This document shows positions 1-11,628 of a stretch of 64,000 nucleotides of DNA, piece by piece. The notes under the pieces are model-generated. The model did not search any database. It was given only the letters and a program-made list of their open reading frames with translations, and was not told where the DNA came from. This DNA comes from an uncultured Acidimicrobiales bacterium. GTDB taxonomy: Bacteria > Actinomycetota > Acidimicrobiia > Acidimicrobiales > VFJN01. Position 1 is the stretch's first letter, and every line of letters starts with the position of its first letter. The position numbers and the translations under genes were made by a program. The stretch covers positions 30,285 through 94,284 of the forward strand of contig CAVUBW010000016.1 of assembly GCA_963739835.1 (NCBI GenBank). Direction: 5' to 3'.

Positions 1-267
1 AGCGCCTCGGCCGCCTGCCCGGAGCGCGGTCGCGCTACGTGAGGTGGGTGACCGCGGCACATGCCGAGCACCACCGGTCCGGCCACAAGCCTTACGGCTT
101 CCTTTTGCCCAGACTCGCCTGGACGAGCCCTACCACGGAGCGCGGTGACGCAGACGGGCTAACGGGCGCTCGTTGTGGGTAGCCGCGGAGCGTGTCCGGG
201 CGCCGCTCGCCGTGGCGCCTGGCGACAGTCAGCCGACATCCGGCACGAACTACACGAGGAGAACACG

Positions 268-444
268 ATGAGCGACGGGAAGATCGACAAGATGAAGGGC
301 CGCGCCAAGGAAGCCGTCGGTGACCTGACCGACGATGACGACCTGAAGGACGAAGGCAAGGTCGACAAGGCCAGCGGAACCATGAAGGAGAAGGTCGACA
401 AGGCCGGCGACAAGCTGAAGGACGCCGTCAACCCCAATCGGTGA
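268..444 (+). CDS. csbD: CsbD family stress protein (58 aa)
   Basis: MSDGKIDKMKGRAKEAVGDLTDDDDLKDEGKVDKASG matches the CsbD pattern; GAGGAG RBS before ATG 268. Confidence 0.9.
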   Translation: MSDGKIDKMKGRAKEAVGDLTDDDDLKDEGKVDKASGTMKEKVDKAGDKLKDAVNPNR

Positions 445-646
445 TGGCTGGGGCCGCGGCGGGACAGCGCCGCCAGGGCCCACCGGACGCGTGACTGATC
501 CGTCGCGAGATCGGGCAAGGGTTGGACGCGGATCTGTAGCCGGCTGCCGCGGGACAATGGAGTCCCGCCGGCGGCTGGCTCTTGCGCTTCACCGGGGCAG
601 TCGACCCGGCGGGCGTCAACACCGCGAACGGAGCACGAGCGCACGC

Positions 647-665
647 GTGTCAATCGATCTGACGA
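647..665. promoter_or_regulatory. Putative TetR operator GTGTCAA-N4-TCTGACGA
   Basis: Imperfect palindrome (GTCA-N7-TGAC) upstream of tetR; the same arms occur at 6425-6443. Confidence 0.6.
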
Positions 666-726
666 CCTCGCGCGTTGCGCACGACGCTACCTCGAACGCC
701 GTTCGTAACGGGGATACGCTCGGTCG

Positions 727-1566
727 ATGGCGGAGGTCGACGAACGGGACGATCTTGACTTGGTGCCTGCGACGCGATCGGAGGGCGCCCGCCGCAACTC
801 CCGCGCCGCACTGATCGAGGCCGCCTTCGAGGAGTTCTCGATCAAGGGCTACGAGGCGACCACAGTCGCCGGGATCGCTGACCGTGCCGGCGTCACCACC
901 GGCGCCCTCTACGCCCACTTCACCAGCAAGCTCGACCTGCTGCTCGCGACGCTCGGCCTCACACCTGTCGAGGACATCCTCCGCTCGGCACGTGACGCCG
1001 CGGCCCTGTCGAGGAGCGAAGCATCGAAACGGCTCATCCAATCCATGTCGGCGCGTCCGGACCGCCACATGCTGCTGCTGCTCGACGTCATCGTCGTTGC
1101 CCGGCGAGATCCGCACGTCGCGCAGATCCTGCGGCGTGGGCTCGAGCACTATGTGCGTGCCTCGATCAGCGCAAACGACGAAGCCGTGCAGCTCGGGCTC
1201 ATCGACCCGGCCCTCGCCACCGACGACCTCGCCCGGGTGCTGACGCTCCTCACGATGGGCATGATCGTGTTCGGCGCCCTCGACGGGGAGCCGCCGTCGG
1301 AACTGGCGTTCGCTCGGCTGGCCGATCTGCTGCTGCGGCCCGCCGGCACCGACGACGGTGATCAGCCTGCGGCCCTGGCCAGGGTCCGGGCCCGGGCTGG
1401 AGCCGCCGAACGGGCGCGACGGACGTTGTACGACAGCATCGTCGACGCCGTGCACGAGGGCCACAGCCTTCGGCAGGTCGGCAGTGCTGCCGGCCTGTCC
1501 CACGAGCGCATCCGGCAGGTGCTCCGCGTCGATGCCTCCCAACGGAATGGAGGTCGCGTCAGCTGA
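727..1566 (+). CDS. TetR/AcrR family regulator with an extra C-terminal HTH
   Basis: N-terminal AAFEEFSIKGYEATTVAGIADRAGVTTGALYAHF; C-terminal GHSLRQVGSAAGLSHERIRQVL. Confidence 0.9.
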   Translation: MAEVDERDDLDLVPATRSEGARRNSRAALIEAAFEEFSIKGYEATTVAGIADRAGVTTGALYAHFTSKLDLLLATLGLTPVEDILRSARDAAALSRSEASKRLIQSMSARPDRHMLLLLDVIVVARRDPHVAQILRRGLEHYVRASISANDEAVQLGLIDPALATDDLARVLTLLTMGMIVFGALDGEPPSELAFARLADLLLRPAGTDDGDQPAALARVRARAGAAERARRTLYDSIVDAVHEGHSLRQVGSAAGLSHERIRQVLRVDASQRNGGRVS

Positions 1567-2846
1567 GGTCGGGCGGTTCGAGGATGTCGACGAAGTCGTC
1601 GGAGAGGACGTCGTACTGGCCGTCGTGCATCTGGAGGATGGCGACCTCCCGGGTGAAGATCCGGAACGCGGCGAGATCCGGCAGCTCGGGAAGGGCGTTC
1701 TCGCGGAAGTCGTAGGGCGCCGTCTCCGGCCGGTCCACCGGGTTGGCCACGACGGCGTCGACGACCCCCTGGGAGTCGAGCGACGCGATCTCCTCGGGGC
1801 TCAGGTGGCTGAGCGCCTCCTCCAGCTTCTTCACGTTCGACCACGTCACGACGGTGTTGAAGTCGACGTCCGGGTCGTCCGGGTCGAACCCGGCCGCCTC
1901 CAGGTCGCCGCGGAACTCGGCGATGCCGCGGGTTGTCGGTGTCGGTCGGCGGGAGTCCCGGGCTGACGACGATCAGACCGTCGAGCGTGTCGCCGAGCTC
2001 GTGGACGACCTCGGGCGACATCACGACCGAGGCCGTCGTGATGATGTGATCTTCCGCGGTGATGCCTTCGGCCGCCAGCGCGTTGAACATCACGACCGGC
2101 TGGGCGGGCAGCAGCCCGATGGCATCGGTGTCGCGCTCGGCGATCTGCGCGGCGATCGGCGCGTAGTCCGTCGTGTCCGCCGGGAAGTAGATGACCTCGA
2201 CGTCGATGCCGATGATGTCGGCGACCTGCTCGACCTGCGCGGCGGCGAACTGCAGCGCCGGCACGTCGGGCAGCACCAGGAGGAAGTCGTCGGCGCCCTT
2301 GGCCTTGGCGGCCGTGACGCCGGAGATGCCGACCGAGATGCCGCTGATCGAGGAGTACGCGTTCTCGTTGGTCAGCTCGAAAGCCGAGGTGCCCCCAGGT
2401 AGAGGGCCGGCAGGCCGGACGCCGTCGCGCCGTCGTCGAACGATCCGACGAAGCTGAGGATCGCCAGCGAGCCGTTCGACCGCGGCCTTCCGGCCGCAGG
2501 CGAGGTTGCTCGTTCACGTCGCCCGTGTCGTCGCAGAACGTCGACCTCGATGGGCCGGCCCAGCGAGCACTCGCGGTTGACGGCGCGGACCGCGGCGTCG
2601 GTGCCCATGCGGGCCCGGTCGCCGTTGTTGCCGAGCGGGCTGGTGAGCGCGGCGATCGTGGTGAACTTCAGCGGCTCCCCCGGGCAGTCTGGCGGCGTCG
2701 CCAGCGCCGGCATCGGACGTCGTCGTGGCCGGCGAAGCGGCGTCACCGCCAGTCACCGGTGACACCTCCGATCTTGCCGTCACCGCACGCGGCGCCACGA
2801 GCATCGCGCCCAGGGCAGCCGCGATCAGGAGCGGACGTCGGATCAT
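1559..2846 (-). CDS. ABC transporter substrate-binding protein, LivJ/PBP1 type (frameshifted in assembly)
   Basis: Signal peptide MIRRPLLIAAALGAML; pieces in ORFs 2372..2746, 1362..2276 and 1559..1849; last gene of the Liv-like operon. Confidence 0.75.
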
Positions 2847-3551
2847 CACGCAGTCCCCTCCGTGGTGGCGGGTTGCAGGTAGGCCTCCTGGATGTCGTCG
2901 ACCCGGCCGCGCAGGTCGGCGGCCGTGCCGTCGAGCTCGACGGCACCGCGCTTCATCACCAGGACGCGGTCGGCGACGCCGAGCGCCTTGTGGATGTGTT
3001 GCTCGACGAGGAGCACGCCCATGCCGTCGTCGGCTGCGGCCCGCACCGCGGCGAGCAGCCGGTCGACGACCATCGGCGCCAGGCCGAGGGACAGCTCGTC
3101 GACGAGCAGGACCCTCGACGACCGTGCCAGGCAGCGCGCCAGGGCGAGCATCTGCTGCTGGCCGCCCGACAGCAGCCCGACGCGGCGTTCGAGGTGCGTC
3201 CTCGAGCTCCGGGAACAGCTCGACGGCCCGGCCGATGTCGCACCGGCTCACCCGCAGGTTCTCCGCCGCGGTCAGGTCCATGAGGACGGCCCGCTCCTGG
3301 GTGACGACGGCGAGGCCCTTTCGGGCGCGGACGTGCAGCGGGTCACGGGTGCTCTGGCCGAGGAGCCGCACCTCGCCGCCGAGCGGCGGCAGCTCACCGG
3401 AGATCGTGAGCAGCGTCGTCGTCTTGCCGGCGCCGTTCGGCCCGAGCAGGGCGACGACCTCCCCGGCGTCGACCCGAAGGTCGAGGCCGCGGACGATCTC
3501 GACGTCCCCGTAGCCGGCGCGCAGCCCGACGGTCTCGACCAGCGTCGTCAT
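2846..3551 (-). CDS. livF: Branched-chain amino acid type ABC ATP-binding protein (frameshifted)
   Basis: GPNGAGKTT Walker A, LSGGQQQMLAL signature, LLVDELSLGLAP, LLVEQH. Confidence 0.85.
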
Positions 3552-6310
3552 GCCGGCTGCTCTGTCGTCGTGCTCGCAGACCCCGAGGTACGCCTCGATG
3601 ACGCCGGCGTCGCCGGCGATGTCGCCGGGCGAGCCCTCGGCGATCTTCCGGCCGAAGTCGAGCACGACCATCCGGTCGCAGGTCTGCAACAGCAGCGGCA
3701 CGTCGTGCTCGATGACGAGGATGCCGATCCCGTGGCGCTGCGCCATCGCCCGGATGGCCTCCCCGAGCTCGGACGACTCGCGGGCGTCGAGACCGGCGGC
3801 CGGCTCGTCGAGAAGCAGCACCGCCGGTTCGGTCACCAGCGCCCGAGCGATGCCGACGAGGCGCGACACGCCGTGGGGCAGCGGCGGACGGCCGCTGGTC
3901 GAGCACATCGCCGAGCCCGAACTCGGCGACGAGGTCGTCCATCAGCGCCGTCGGCGTTTGCCGGCCCGGCCGCACGAGGTCGACGAGGTACTGCCACCGG
4001 GACTGGTCGTCGGCCGCGACGAGGAGGTTCTCCCGGACCGTCATCTCCTCGAACAGCTCGACCGCCTGCCACGAGCGCACGATCCCGGCTCGGGCCCGCC
4101 GCTCGACCGACCAGCCGTCGATGGGCGTGCCGTCGAAGCGCACGGAGCCCCGCGACGGGCGCCGTGAAGCCGGTGACGACGTCGAGCAGCGTCGTCTTGC
4201 CGGCGCCGTTCGGGCCGATGAGCCCGACGACCTCGCCCGGCTCGACCGAGAAGCTCACGCCGTCGAGGGCGACGACGCCGCCGAACGACACGCCGACGTC
4301 GCTGACCTCGAGCGTCGCCGGGGCCCGGCGGGGCCGTGCCGGTGCCGGCACCTCCTCGACGCGCCGCCGCGGGACCCGGAACGGCGCGGTGATGCGTTCG
4401 GCGGACACGCGACCACAGGGACGCGACGCCATCGGGCGCCTGCCGCAGCACCAGCACGCGCCGACACGCCCGAGAGGACGGCGAGCCAGGACACGATGTC
4501 GGTCCCTTCCGGCACGACGTCGGCGAAGATCACGTTGCCGATGGACGGTCGGCGCACCGGCGGCGCCGAGCACGACGCCGGCCACCCAGGCGAGGCCGCC
4601 GACGACGGCGTACTGGATCAGCAGGACCGAGCCGACGACGTTGTACTGACGCTCAGCTGCACGTTCGGCTGCCGCAACGACAGCAGCGTGCCGCCGAGGG
4701 CCGCGATCGCGGCGGCGACCGCGAACGCGTACACCTTCGCCCCCACGACGCCGACTCCGAGCGACGCCGCGGCCCGTTCGTTGCTGCGGACGGCGAGCAG
4801 CCGGGCCCCGGCCCGTCCTCGCCGTAGGTTGGCGACGAGCAGCCCGACCAGCACGAGCATCACGAGCACGAACACGCCGTAGCGCTGCGGGTGGTCCGAG
4901 CGGGTCGAGGTCGATGCCGAGGAACGACACGTCGTCGATCGGCAGGCCGCGGACGCCGCCGGTCAGGGCGCTGTTGGTGAAGATCAGCGAGCTGAACATC
5001 AGCGCCATGGCGAGGGTCGCCACCGCGAGGCTGGTGCCGCGGGTGCGGATCGCCGGCAGGGCCACGACCACGCCGACCAGGGTCGTCACGACGATCGCCG
5101 CCGAGGAGCGCCAGCTCGAACGGCCAGCCGTTGACCGACATCGAGCCGGGCCACGATCCACGCCCCGAACCCGGCCAGGGCGAACTGGCACAGCGACAGC
5201 TGACCGGCGTAGCCGGCGACGACGACGACCGAGGCCAGGATGATGGCGATGGCGAACGTGGAGATGAGGGCGTCGGTCCAGCGTGTCGACCCCGACCAGG
5301 AGCGCTACGCCGACCACCCCGCCCACGATCAGGGGCAGCAGCGACACCGAGCCCGACCCCGGTAGCGGCAGCTGGGCGACGGTCTCGCCGCGCTGGAGCC
5401 GCGACCGGCCGGTGACGATCATGTAGCCGAGGATGATCGCCAAGCGGGACGGCCTGCGACGAGACCGGTCAGCGACGCGGCGCTCACGCCGAGGGCGTCG
5501 GCGATGTCGGGCTGGAACAGCGAGATCTCGCTCTGGATGATGCCGATCACCAGGGCCGCGGCGACCGTGACACCGAACGACGAGAAGCGGCCGACCAGGG
5601 CGGCCGCGAGCGCCGGGATCACGGCGATCGACAGCACGGCGGCGTTGAGCGTGACGATCGGGGCGAGGAGGATGGCGGCCAGCGCCGACAGGCCCCCGGC
5701 GACGGCGAAGTTCACGAGCTCGATCTGGTTGGGTGACCAGCCGGCGCTCGCCGCGACCCGGCGGTTCTCGGCGACCGCCGAGGTGGCGAGGCCGAACAGC
5801 GTTCCCGAGTAGACGAACCGCAGCACGACGGCGCACGCCAAGGCGATGCCGATGAGCAGCAGCCGGTCGAGGCCGATCATCACGTCGCCGAACAGCGTCA
5901 CGTTCTGCGACGGCAGCATCGGCCGGGGCTGCACGATGCGAGGGCCCCAGCGCAGCACCATGAACGCCTGGCCGGCGCTGAACAGCGCGAGGGTGGCGAT
6001 GAGCCGCGCGAGCTGCGAGGCGTCGCGGAGCAGCGCCAGCACGCCGTAGGTCAGCAGCCCGAGCAGGACGCCGACGACCGACGCCGATCGCCACCGCGGC
6101 CGGCGTGGCCATGCGTCGTCGCGCAGGTCGTAGCAGTACGTACGCGGCGATCCCGCCCATGGCACCGGCGCTGAAGTTCAGGACGCCTGACGCCCGGTAC
6201 ACGATGACGATGCCGAGCGCGACCAGCGCGGTGAGCGCGCCGGTCGCAGCGCCGAGCAGCACGAAGCGCAGCGACGCTTCGCTGAACAGTTCCGTGGCCA
6301 GGCAGCCCAC
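3548..6310 (-). CDS. Fused LivH-LivM-LivG ABC permease/ATPase (frameshifted)
   Basis: IVIVYRASGVLNFS permease start, LAVRSNERAAASLG, GPNGAGKTT, LLLDEPAAGLD, IEHD across several frames. Confidence 0.8.
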
Positions 6311-6424
6311 GAGATACCCCCCCTTCGGGGCGGCCGAGACGCCTGCCGTCCCCCGGGAGCCAACATAGCTGCACTACGGGTGCGCTGCCTCTTGACCGCA
6401 GGTTCCCTCGCCGAGTCGTGGCGA

Positions 6425-6443
6425 TCGTCAGAATTGTTGACAC
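6425..6443. promoter_or_regulatory. Putative TetR operator, second copy, in the ABC/ceramidase divergent promoter
   Basis: Reverse complement GTGTCAAcaatTCTGACGA versus GTGTCAAtcgaTCTGACGA at 647-665. Confidence 0.6.
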
Positions 6444-6530
6444 TCTTGGCCCCGGCGCGTGCACCGTCTCGGACGGGTGGGGCACGACGTGGTAGAGCAG
6501 GAGCGTCGTCGAGGGGGACGTTCTCGCGCC

Positions 6531-8528
6531 ATGACCGACAGCTGGGACATCGGGGCCGACAGCCCCCTGCTGGCCGTCGACGCGGCGGCCCGTCGGGCAC
6601 GGTTCGCGCTGCCGTTGGCGGCACCGGGCGCCCCGCCCGCGCCCGTGGACGGCCTGCTGGCGGGAGCGGTCGAGGTGGACATCACGCCGCCTCCCGGGTT
6701 GCCCAAGGCCGGCTACTCGCGCAACGCCCACACCGGGGCGGGGTTCCGCTCGCGGCTGCGAGCCCGGGTGCTGCACCTGCGCTCGGGCGGCCGATCGCTC
6801 GCCATCGTGCAGTGCGACCTGCTGGGCGGCTCCGCGGTGGTGCACCGGCTGGTGGCCCGGTCGGTGGCCGCCGAGACCGACGTGCCGGCGGCCGGGGTGT
6901 ACCTCGGGGCGACCCACACCCATGGCGGTCCGGGGCAGTTCCTCGGCACCGACTTCTACAACCGGTTCGCGTCCAACAAGCCCGGGTTCGACGCCGCCTG
7001 GGCGCAGTGGCTGTCGTCCCGCATCGCCGCCGGCGTCGCCCGGGCGGTCGAGGAGCGGCGCCCGGCCCGCCTGGCCTGGGGTCGCATCGACGTCTGGGGC
7101 CTCACCCGCAACCGCTCCCTGGCCTCCTACGTGCGCAACCCGGCCGTCGCCGACCGGCGCACGGGGCGGCAGCGGGCCTATGTGTCGATCGATCCCCGCC
7201 TGCGCCTGCTGCGGGTCGACGCCCGGCAGGCCGACGGCGGCCATGCGCCGCTGGCGGCGATGGTGGTGTTCCCCGTCCACGGCACCGGCGTCCCCATGCG
7301 CTCCGAGGTGTACAACGCCGACCTGTGGGCCTACCTGACCGACGAGCTCGGTGAGCGCATCGAGCGGTCGACCGGCGTGCGGCCGGTGGTCGGCGCGGTC
7401 GAGGGCACCCACGCAGACGTTGCGCCCGCGCTGCATCCCGGGATGGCCGGCCACCTCGAGGCCCGGCGCGTCGGGCGGGGCATCGGAGCCCGGGCCGCCC
7501 AGCTGCACGACGACCTGGAGGGCCAGCTGTCCGACCGGGTCGAGCTGGCGTGCGGGCTCCGCGAGGTCGACCTCGACCGCTCGCGGGCCATCGACCGGGT
7601 CACGCTCCCTCGGCGCCCGGCGGTCGGCGCCGCCCTGGTCGCCGGGGCGTACGAGAACGAGACGCCGGTCATCCACCGCATCCCGCCGTTCCGGCCGGGC
7701 GTCCCCCGCCGGCGCGCCGGCGGGGCCCAGGGCGGCAAGCGGGTGATCGGCGGACCGTTCCAGCGGTTCGTGCTGCCCCTCCGGGGCTTCCCCCGGGTGC
7801 TGCCCGTGCAGGTGCTCCGCATCGGCGGCGCGGCGGTGGTGGGCCTGCCGTGCGAGCTGACGGTGGAGACGGGCCGGCGCATCGAGGCGGCCGTGGTCGC
7901 CGCAGTGGGGGAGCGGGGCGTCGACGAGGTGGTGGTGACGTCGGTGGCCAACGAGTACGCGGGCTACTGCACCACGCCGGAGGAGTACGCGGAGCAGCGC
8001 TACGAGGGCGGCCACACGCTCTACGGCCCCTCCACCCAGCCCTTCCTCGCCGCCCACGCCGCCCGGCTGGCCGGGGAGACGGTGCGGGACGGGCTCGTGA
8101 GCGACCTGGTGCCCGACCGCCGCTTCGACCTGCGCCACCGCCGCTACCTTCCCGGCCCGGCCGGGCCGGCCGCCGACCGGGCGATCGACGGGCCCGCGAC
8201 CTTCGCCGATGCCACCGGCACCAGCGACCCGGTGTGGGAGCAGCGCTGGTGGGACGTGGCCCCCGGCGGGCTCGACTGGCACGAGCCGCTCGCCAGGGTC
8301 GAGATGCGGGACGGCCCCGACGGCCGGTGGCTGCCGGCCGTCGCGCACGGGCGCCGGGTCGACGACCGCGGTTGCGACGTCGAGGTCGTCCACCTCGGGG
8401 CGGGCGAGCGGGGCCACCGCTACGCAGTGCGCTGGTGGGACCCGGGCTTCCGGGCCGGGCGCCAGCACCGGGTCGTGCTCGCCGCCAACGCCGGCCGGCC
8501 CGAGCTGGCCGGCGACCCGTTCGACTAG
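6531..8528 (+). CDS. Neutral/alkaline ceramidase family amidohydrolase
   Basis: AVEVDITPP, ATHTHGGP, NRSL, VHGT, PCELT, ANEYAGYCTTPEEYAEQRYEGGHTLYGP. Confidence 0.85.
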   Translation: MTDSWDIGADSPLLAVDAAARRARFALPLAAPGAPPAPVDGLLAGAVEVDITPPPGLPKAGYSRNAHTGAGFRSRLRARVLHLRSGGRSLAIVQCDLLGGSAVVHRLVARSVAAETDVPAAGVYLGATHTHGGPGQFLGTDFYNRFASNKPGFDAAWAQWLSSRIAAGVARAVEERRPARLAWGRIDVWGLTRNRSLASYVRNPAVADRRTGRQRAYVSIDPRLRLLRVDARQADGGHAPLAAMVVFPVHGTGVPMRSEVYNADLWAYLTDELGERIERSTGVRPVVGAVEGTHADVAPALHPGMAGHLEARRVGRGIGARAAQLHDDLEGQLSDRVELACGLREVDLDRSRAIDRVTLPRRPAVGAALVAGAYENETPVIHRIPPFRPGVPRRRAGGAQGGKRVIGGPFQRFVLPLRGFPRVLPVQVLRIGGAAVVGLPCELTVETGRRIEAAVVAAVGERGVDEVVVTSVANEYAGYCTTPEEYAEQRYEGGHTLYGPSTQPFLAAHAARLAGETVRDGLVSDLVPDRRFDLRHRRYLPGPAGPAADRAIDGPATFADATGTSDPVWEQRWWDVAPGGLDWHEPLARVEMRDGPDGRWLPAVAHGRRVDDRGCDVEVVHLGAGERGHRYAVRWWDPGFRAGRQHRVVLAANAGRPELAGDPFD

Positions 8529-8822
8529 ACGACCGGACCCGGCGGTGACGCCGGGCGGCCGTTGCCCGGCGGGGCGGAGCGTGCCCGGTGAGCCTGTGCC
8601 GCCGACTCCTCGACCGCTCGGGATCGCTATCACGCCCGGCGGACCACCGCGTACGTCGCCAACAACGCAGCCGACAGCGTCACGCCGATTTCGACCGCGG
8701 CCCGGCGGGGCGGAGCGTCACGTGGCGGCAGAACCGCGGCGCTTGGTGACCGGACCGCCGTGCGGCGCTTGGGTATGTTGCGCCGCGCTGGCGTACGTGG
8801 GGAACGAAAGGGCACGAGCAAC

Positions 8823-9419
8823 ATGTCACAGGGACCTCCGGGCTCCGGCGGATGGCCGCCTCCGTCGCAGGGTGGCTGGCCCGCGCCGGCTCCGCCGAGG
8901 CCGCCGGCTCCGCCGAGTGGACACAACCGGACGCCGTTGATGGTCGTCCTCGGGGCTCTCGCCGTCGTGGTGATCGTGGGCGGCGTGGCGCTCGCTCTGC
9001 GGGATGGCGACGGCGGGGGCGACGCAGATGTCGGGCGCGACCTGACCACGACGGCGTCGACCGCGCCCGAGGAGACGACCACGCCTGCCCAGGGCGACGA
9101 GGCCGAGGCCGAAGCCGTCGTGCGCTCGTACTTCCAGGGCGTCATCGACAAGGACTGCCAGGCGATCGTCGCCTCGGCCAGCCAGGCCGTGTTCGCCGAG
9201 GGCAGCCCGGACACGGACCCGATGGAGGTCTGCGAACGGGCGGCCGCGATGGGGATGTTCGACTTCGAGAACTACAGCCTCGACGGCCTCGAGGTCATCG
9301 GCAACGACGGCGACACGATCACGTTCACCGCCTACGAGATGCTCGACGGCACCGGTTACACCGAGACCATCATCGTCACCAATCGCGAGGGCCCCTGGAA
9401 GATCGACGACATCGTCTGA
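8823..9419 (+). CDS. Hypothetical membrane-anchored protein (Pro-rich N-terminus, one TM helix, acidic extracellular domain)
   Basis: MSQGPPGSGGWPPP, hydrophobic LMVVLGALAVVVIVGGVALAL, ends WKIDDIV. Confidence 0.7.
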   Translation: MSQGPPGSGGWPPPSQGGWPAPAPPRPPAPPSGHNRTPLMVVLGALAVVVIVGGVALALRDGDGGGDADVGRDLTTTASTAPEETTTPAQGDEAEAEAVVRSYFQGVIDKDCQAIVASASQAVFAEGSPDTDPMEVCERAAAMGMFDFENYSLDGLEVIGNDGDTITFTAYEMLDGTGYTETIIVTNREGPWKIDDIV

Positions 9420-9519
9420 GCAGAGGTTGCCGGCGGCGCCTGAGGACGGTCTTGCCGGCGGGGTGAACGGCCCGCTCCGGCCCCAAGCAGTGGGTGGGAC
9501 ACGGCCGCTGCCTAGAACC

Positions 9520-9590
9520 GGCCACGATCGATGACGGCCCCACGCCATCCCCGTGTCGGCGCCGGTGCGCGCCGGCGACCGCACGATCCT
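9520..9590 (+). repeat. About 71-bp copy of an internal piece of the PNPOx-like gene (15521-15592)
   Basis: GGCCACGATCGATGACGGCC...GCGACCGCACGATCCT is present at both sites with about 4 differences. Confidence 0.85.
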
Positions 9591-10325
9591 TCACCATCCG
9601 CCTTCCCGCCTAGGACTGAAGCGGCCGTCGCCCGGTTGGACCAGGCCCGACTCGTAGGCGGCGATCACCGCCTGCACACGGCTGCGCAGGCCGAGCTTGG
9701 CCAGGACGCTGCTCACGTGGGTCTTCACCGTGGCCTCGCTGAGGTGCAGCTCGGCGGCCAGCTCGGTGTTGGACCACCCGGCGGCGAGGCCCACAAGGAC
9801 CTCGCGCTCGCGGTCGGTGAGGCCGGCCCGGGCGACGGCCTCGGCCATGGGGGTCGGGCGGGACCGGCCGGCGGCGCCGTCGAGCTCGACGTAGCGCTCG
9901 ATGACCCGCCGGGTGATCGCCGGGGCCAGCAGGCTCTCGTGGCGGGCGACGGTGTGGATGGCCTCGATCAGCGGGTCGGGGCCGACGTCTTTGAGCAGGA
10001 AGCCGCTGGCCCCGGCCCGCAGGGCGTCGAACAGGTACTCGTCGTCGTCGAAGGTCGTGAGCACCAGCACACGGGGCGGGGCGTCGGACGACGCGACGAT
10101 CCGTCGGGTCGCCTCGAGGCCGTCGAGCAGCGGCATGCGGACGTCCATCAGCACCACGTCGGGTCGGGCGCTGGTCGCCGCCTCGACCGCCTCGAGGCCG
10201 TCGGCCGCCTCGGCCACGACCGCCAGGTCGGGCTCGTTGTCGAGGATCATCCGTAGCCCGACCCGGATCATCGCCTGGTCGTCGGCCACCAGGACCCGGA
10301 TCGTCGTCGCCCCCTCCGCGCTCAC
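9591..10325 (-). CDS. NarL/LuxR family response regulator
   Basis: VLVADDQ, DVVLMDVRMP, LTTFDDD, GFLLKD, LTDREREVL...SEATVKTHVSSVLAKLG. Confidence 0.95.
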   Translation of the reverse strand: MSAEGATTIRVLVADDQAMIRVGLRMILDNEPDLAVVAEAADGLEAVEAATSARPDVVLMDVRMPLLDGLEATRRIVASSDAPPRVLVLTTFDDDEYLFDALRAGASGFLLKDVGPDPLIEAIHTVARHESLLAPAITRRVIERYVELDGAAGRSRPTPMAEAVARAGLTDREREVLVGLAAGWSNTELAAELHLSEATVKTHVSSVLAKLGLRSRVQAVIAAYESGLVQPGDGRFSPRREGGW

Positions 10326-11567
10326 AGCCGGCCATTCTGGCGGCAGGGCAGGGTGGCCCGCACCGACCAACCGCCCAGGTCGCTGCGGGCAACGTCGAGC
10401 CGTCCGCCGCAGGCCGCGGCCCGCTCGGCCATCCCCCGCAGCCCGTGGCCGGAGGCGCTGAGGGCCGGGGCCTTGCCGCTGCGGCCGTCGTCGTCGACCG
10501 CGACCACCAGGTGGCCCGCCTCCTCCGCCACGCGGACCACCGCCCGTCGAGCCTCGGCGTGGCGCAGGGCGTTGGTCACGCCCTCCTGGGCGATGCGCAC
10601 CGCGGCCAGCTCGACCTGGGGGTCGACCGCCGGGAGCGGGTCGGGCAGCGCGATCTCGACGTCGAGCCCGACGGGGGCGAGCCGCTCGACGATGCCCCGC
10701 AGGTCGGCCAGCGTGGGCTGGGGCGCCAGCTCCACGGCGCGGTCGCCGTGGGGCGCCAACTCCACGGCGCGGTCGCCGTCCGCCTCCCGCAGCACCTGCA
10801 CGGCGTGGCGCATACCGGTGAGCGCTTCCTTGCCGGTGTCCGCGATCCAACGCAGCGCCTCGACCGCCACCTCGGGCCGGCCGGGAGCGAGTCGCTCGGC
10901 CGCCTGGGCCCGGATCACGATCGCGCTCATGTGGTGGGCGACCACGTCGTGCAGCTCGCGGGCGATGCGGGTGCGCTCCTCGACCACCACCTTCTGCGCC
11001 TCGACCGCCCGCAACCGCCGCTGCTCGCGCACGAGCGTCCCCAGGAACGTGGTGCCCGCCACCACGAACAGCGAGAACAGCACCTGCGACCAGTCGAAGC
11101 CGGGAGCCAGCATCATGCCGTCGAGGTCGACGAACAGCGCCCCCGTGCCTGCCAGGCACAGGGCGCCCGCCACCAGCGGGCTGATGGCACCCGACTGCGC
11201 GACCAGGTAGGCGACGGCGAGGATGGGCACCAGTTGGAACTCGGTGGTATGGCTGAGCACGCCTCCGCCTCCACCGGGTGGACCCACGTCGTACAGCGGC
11301 AGGCTCATCACCACGACGTAGAGCGGCACCGCGAGGAGCAGGGCTACCGGCGGCACCATGCGCCGGAGCGTGAGCACCGCCGCCGTCGCCCACATCGCCA
11401 CCTGGCTCTGGCCAGCCGGCAGCCGCGAGCGTGCCGCCGTCACCCACCGGGGGCAGCTGCGCGGCGAGCGTGGCCGCCGTCCAGCCCACGACGACCAGGA
11501 CACCCACCATGAGGTCCTGACCGAGGTCGGGAAGGCGGCGCCACCATGCTGCGAGCTGGCCAGACAC
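10322..11567 (-). CDS. HisKA_3 sensor histidine kinase (one frameshift near the 5' end)
   Basis: EERTRIARELHDVVAHHMS H-box, QEGVTNALRHA, DDDG, GHGLRGMAER; N-terminal TM helices. Confidence 0.9.
10719..10779 (-). repeat. In-frame 30-bp tandem duplication in the histidine kinase
   Basis: Encodes DGDRAVELAP-HGDRAVELAP. Confidence 0.85.
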
Positions 11568-11628
11568 CGGCTCACGGTAACCAGCCGGCGGTCGCGGTTC
11601 ATCGGCCGAAAGGTGGAACGACCCGCCA

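Noticed and set aside
2514-3908. LivG-LivF in-frame fusion
   Set aside because: An ATGA junction at 3548-3551 suggests separate genes joined by an indel
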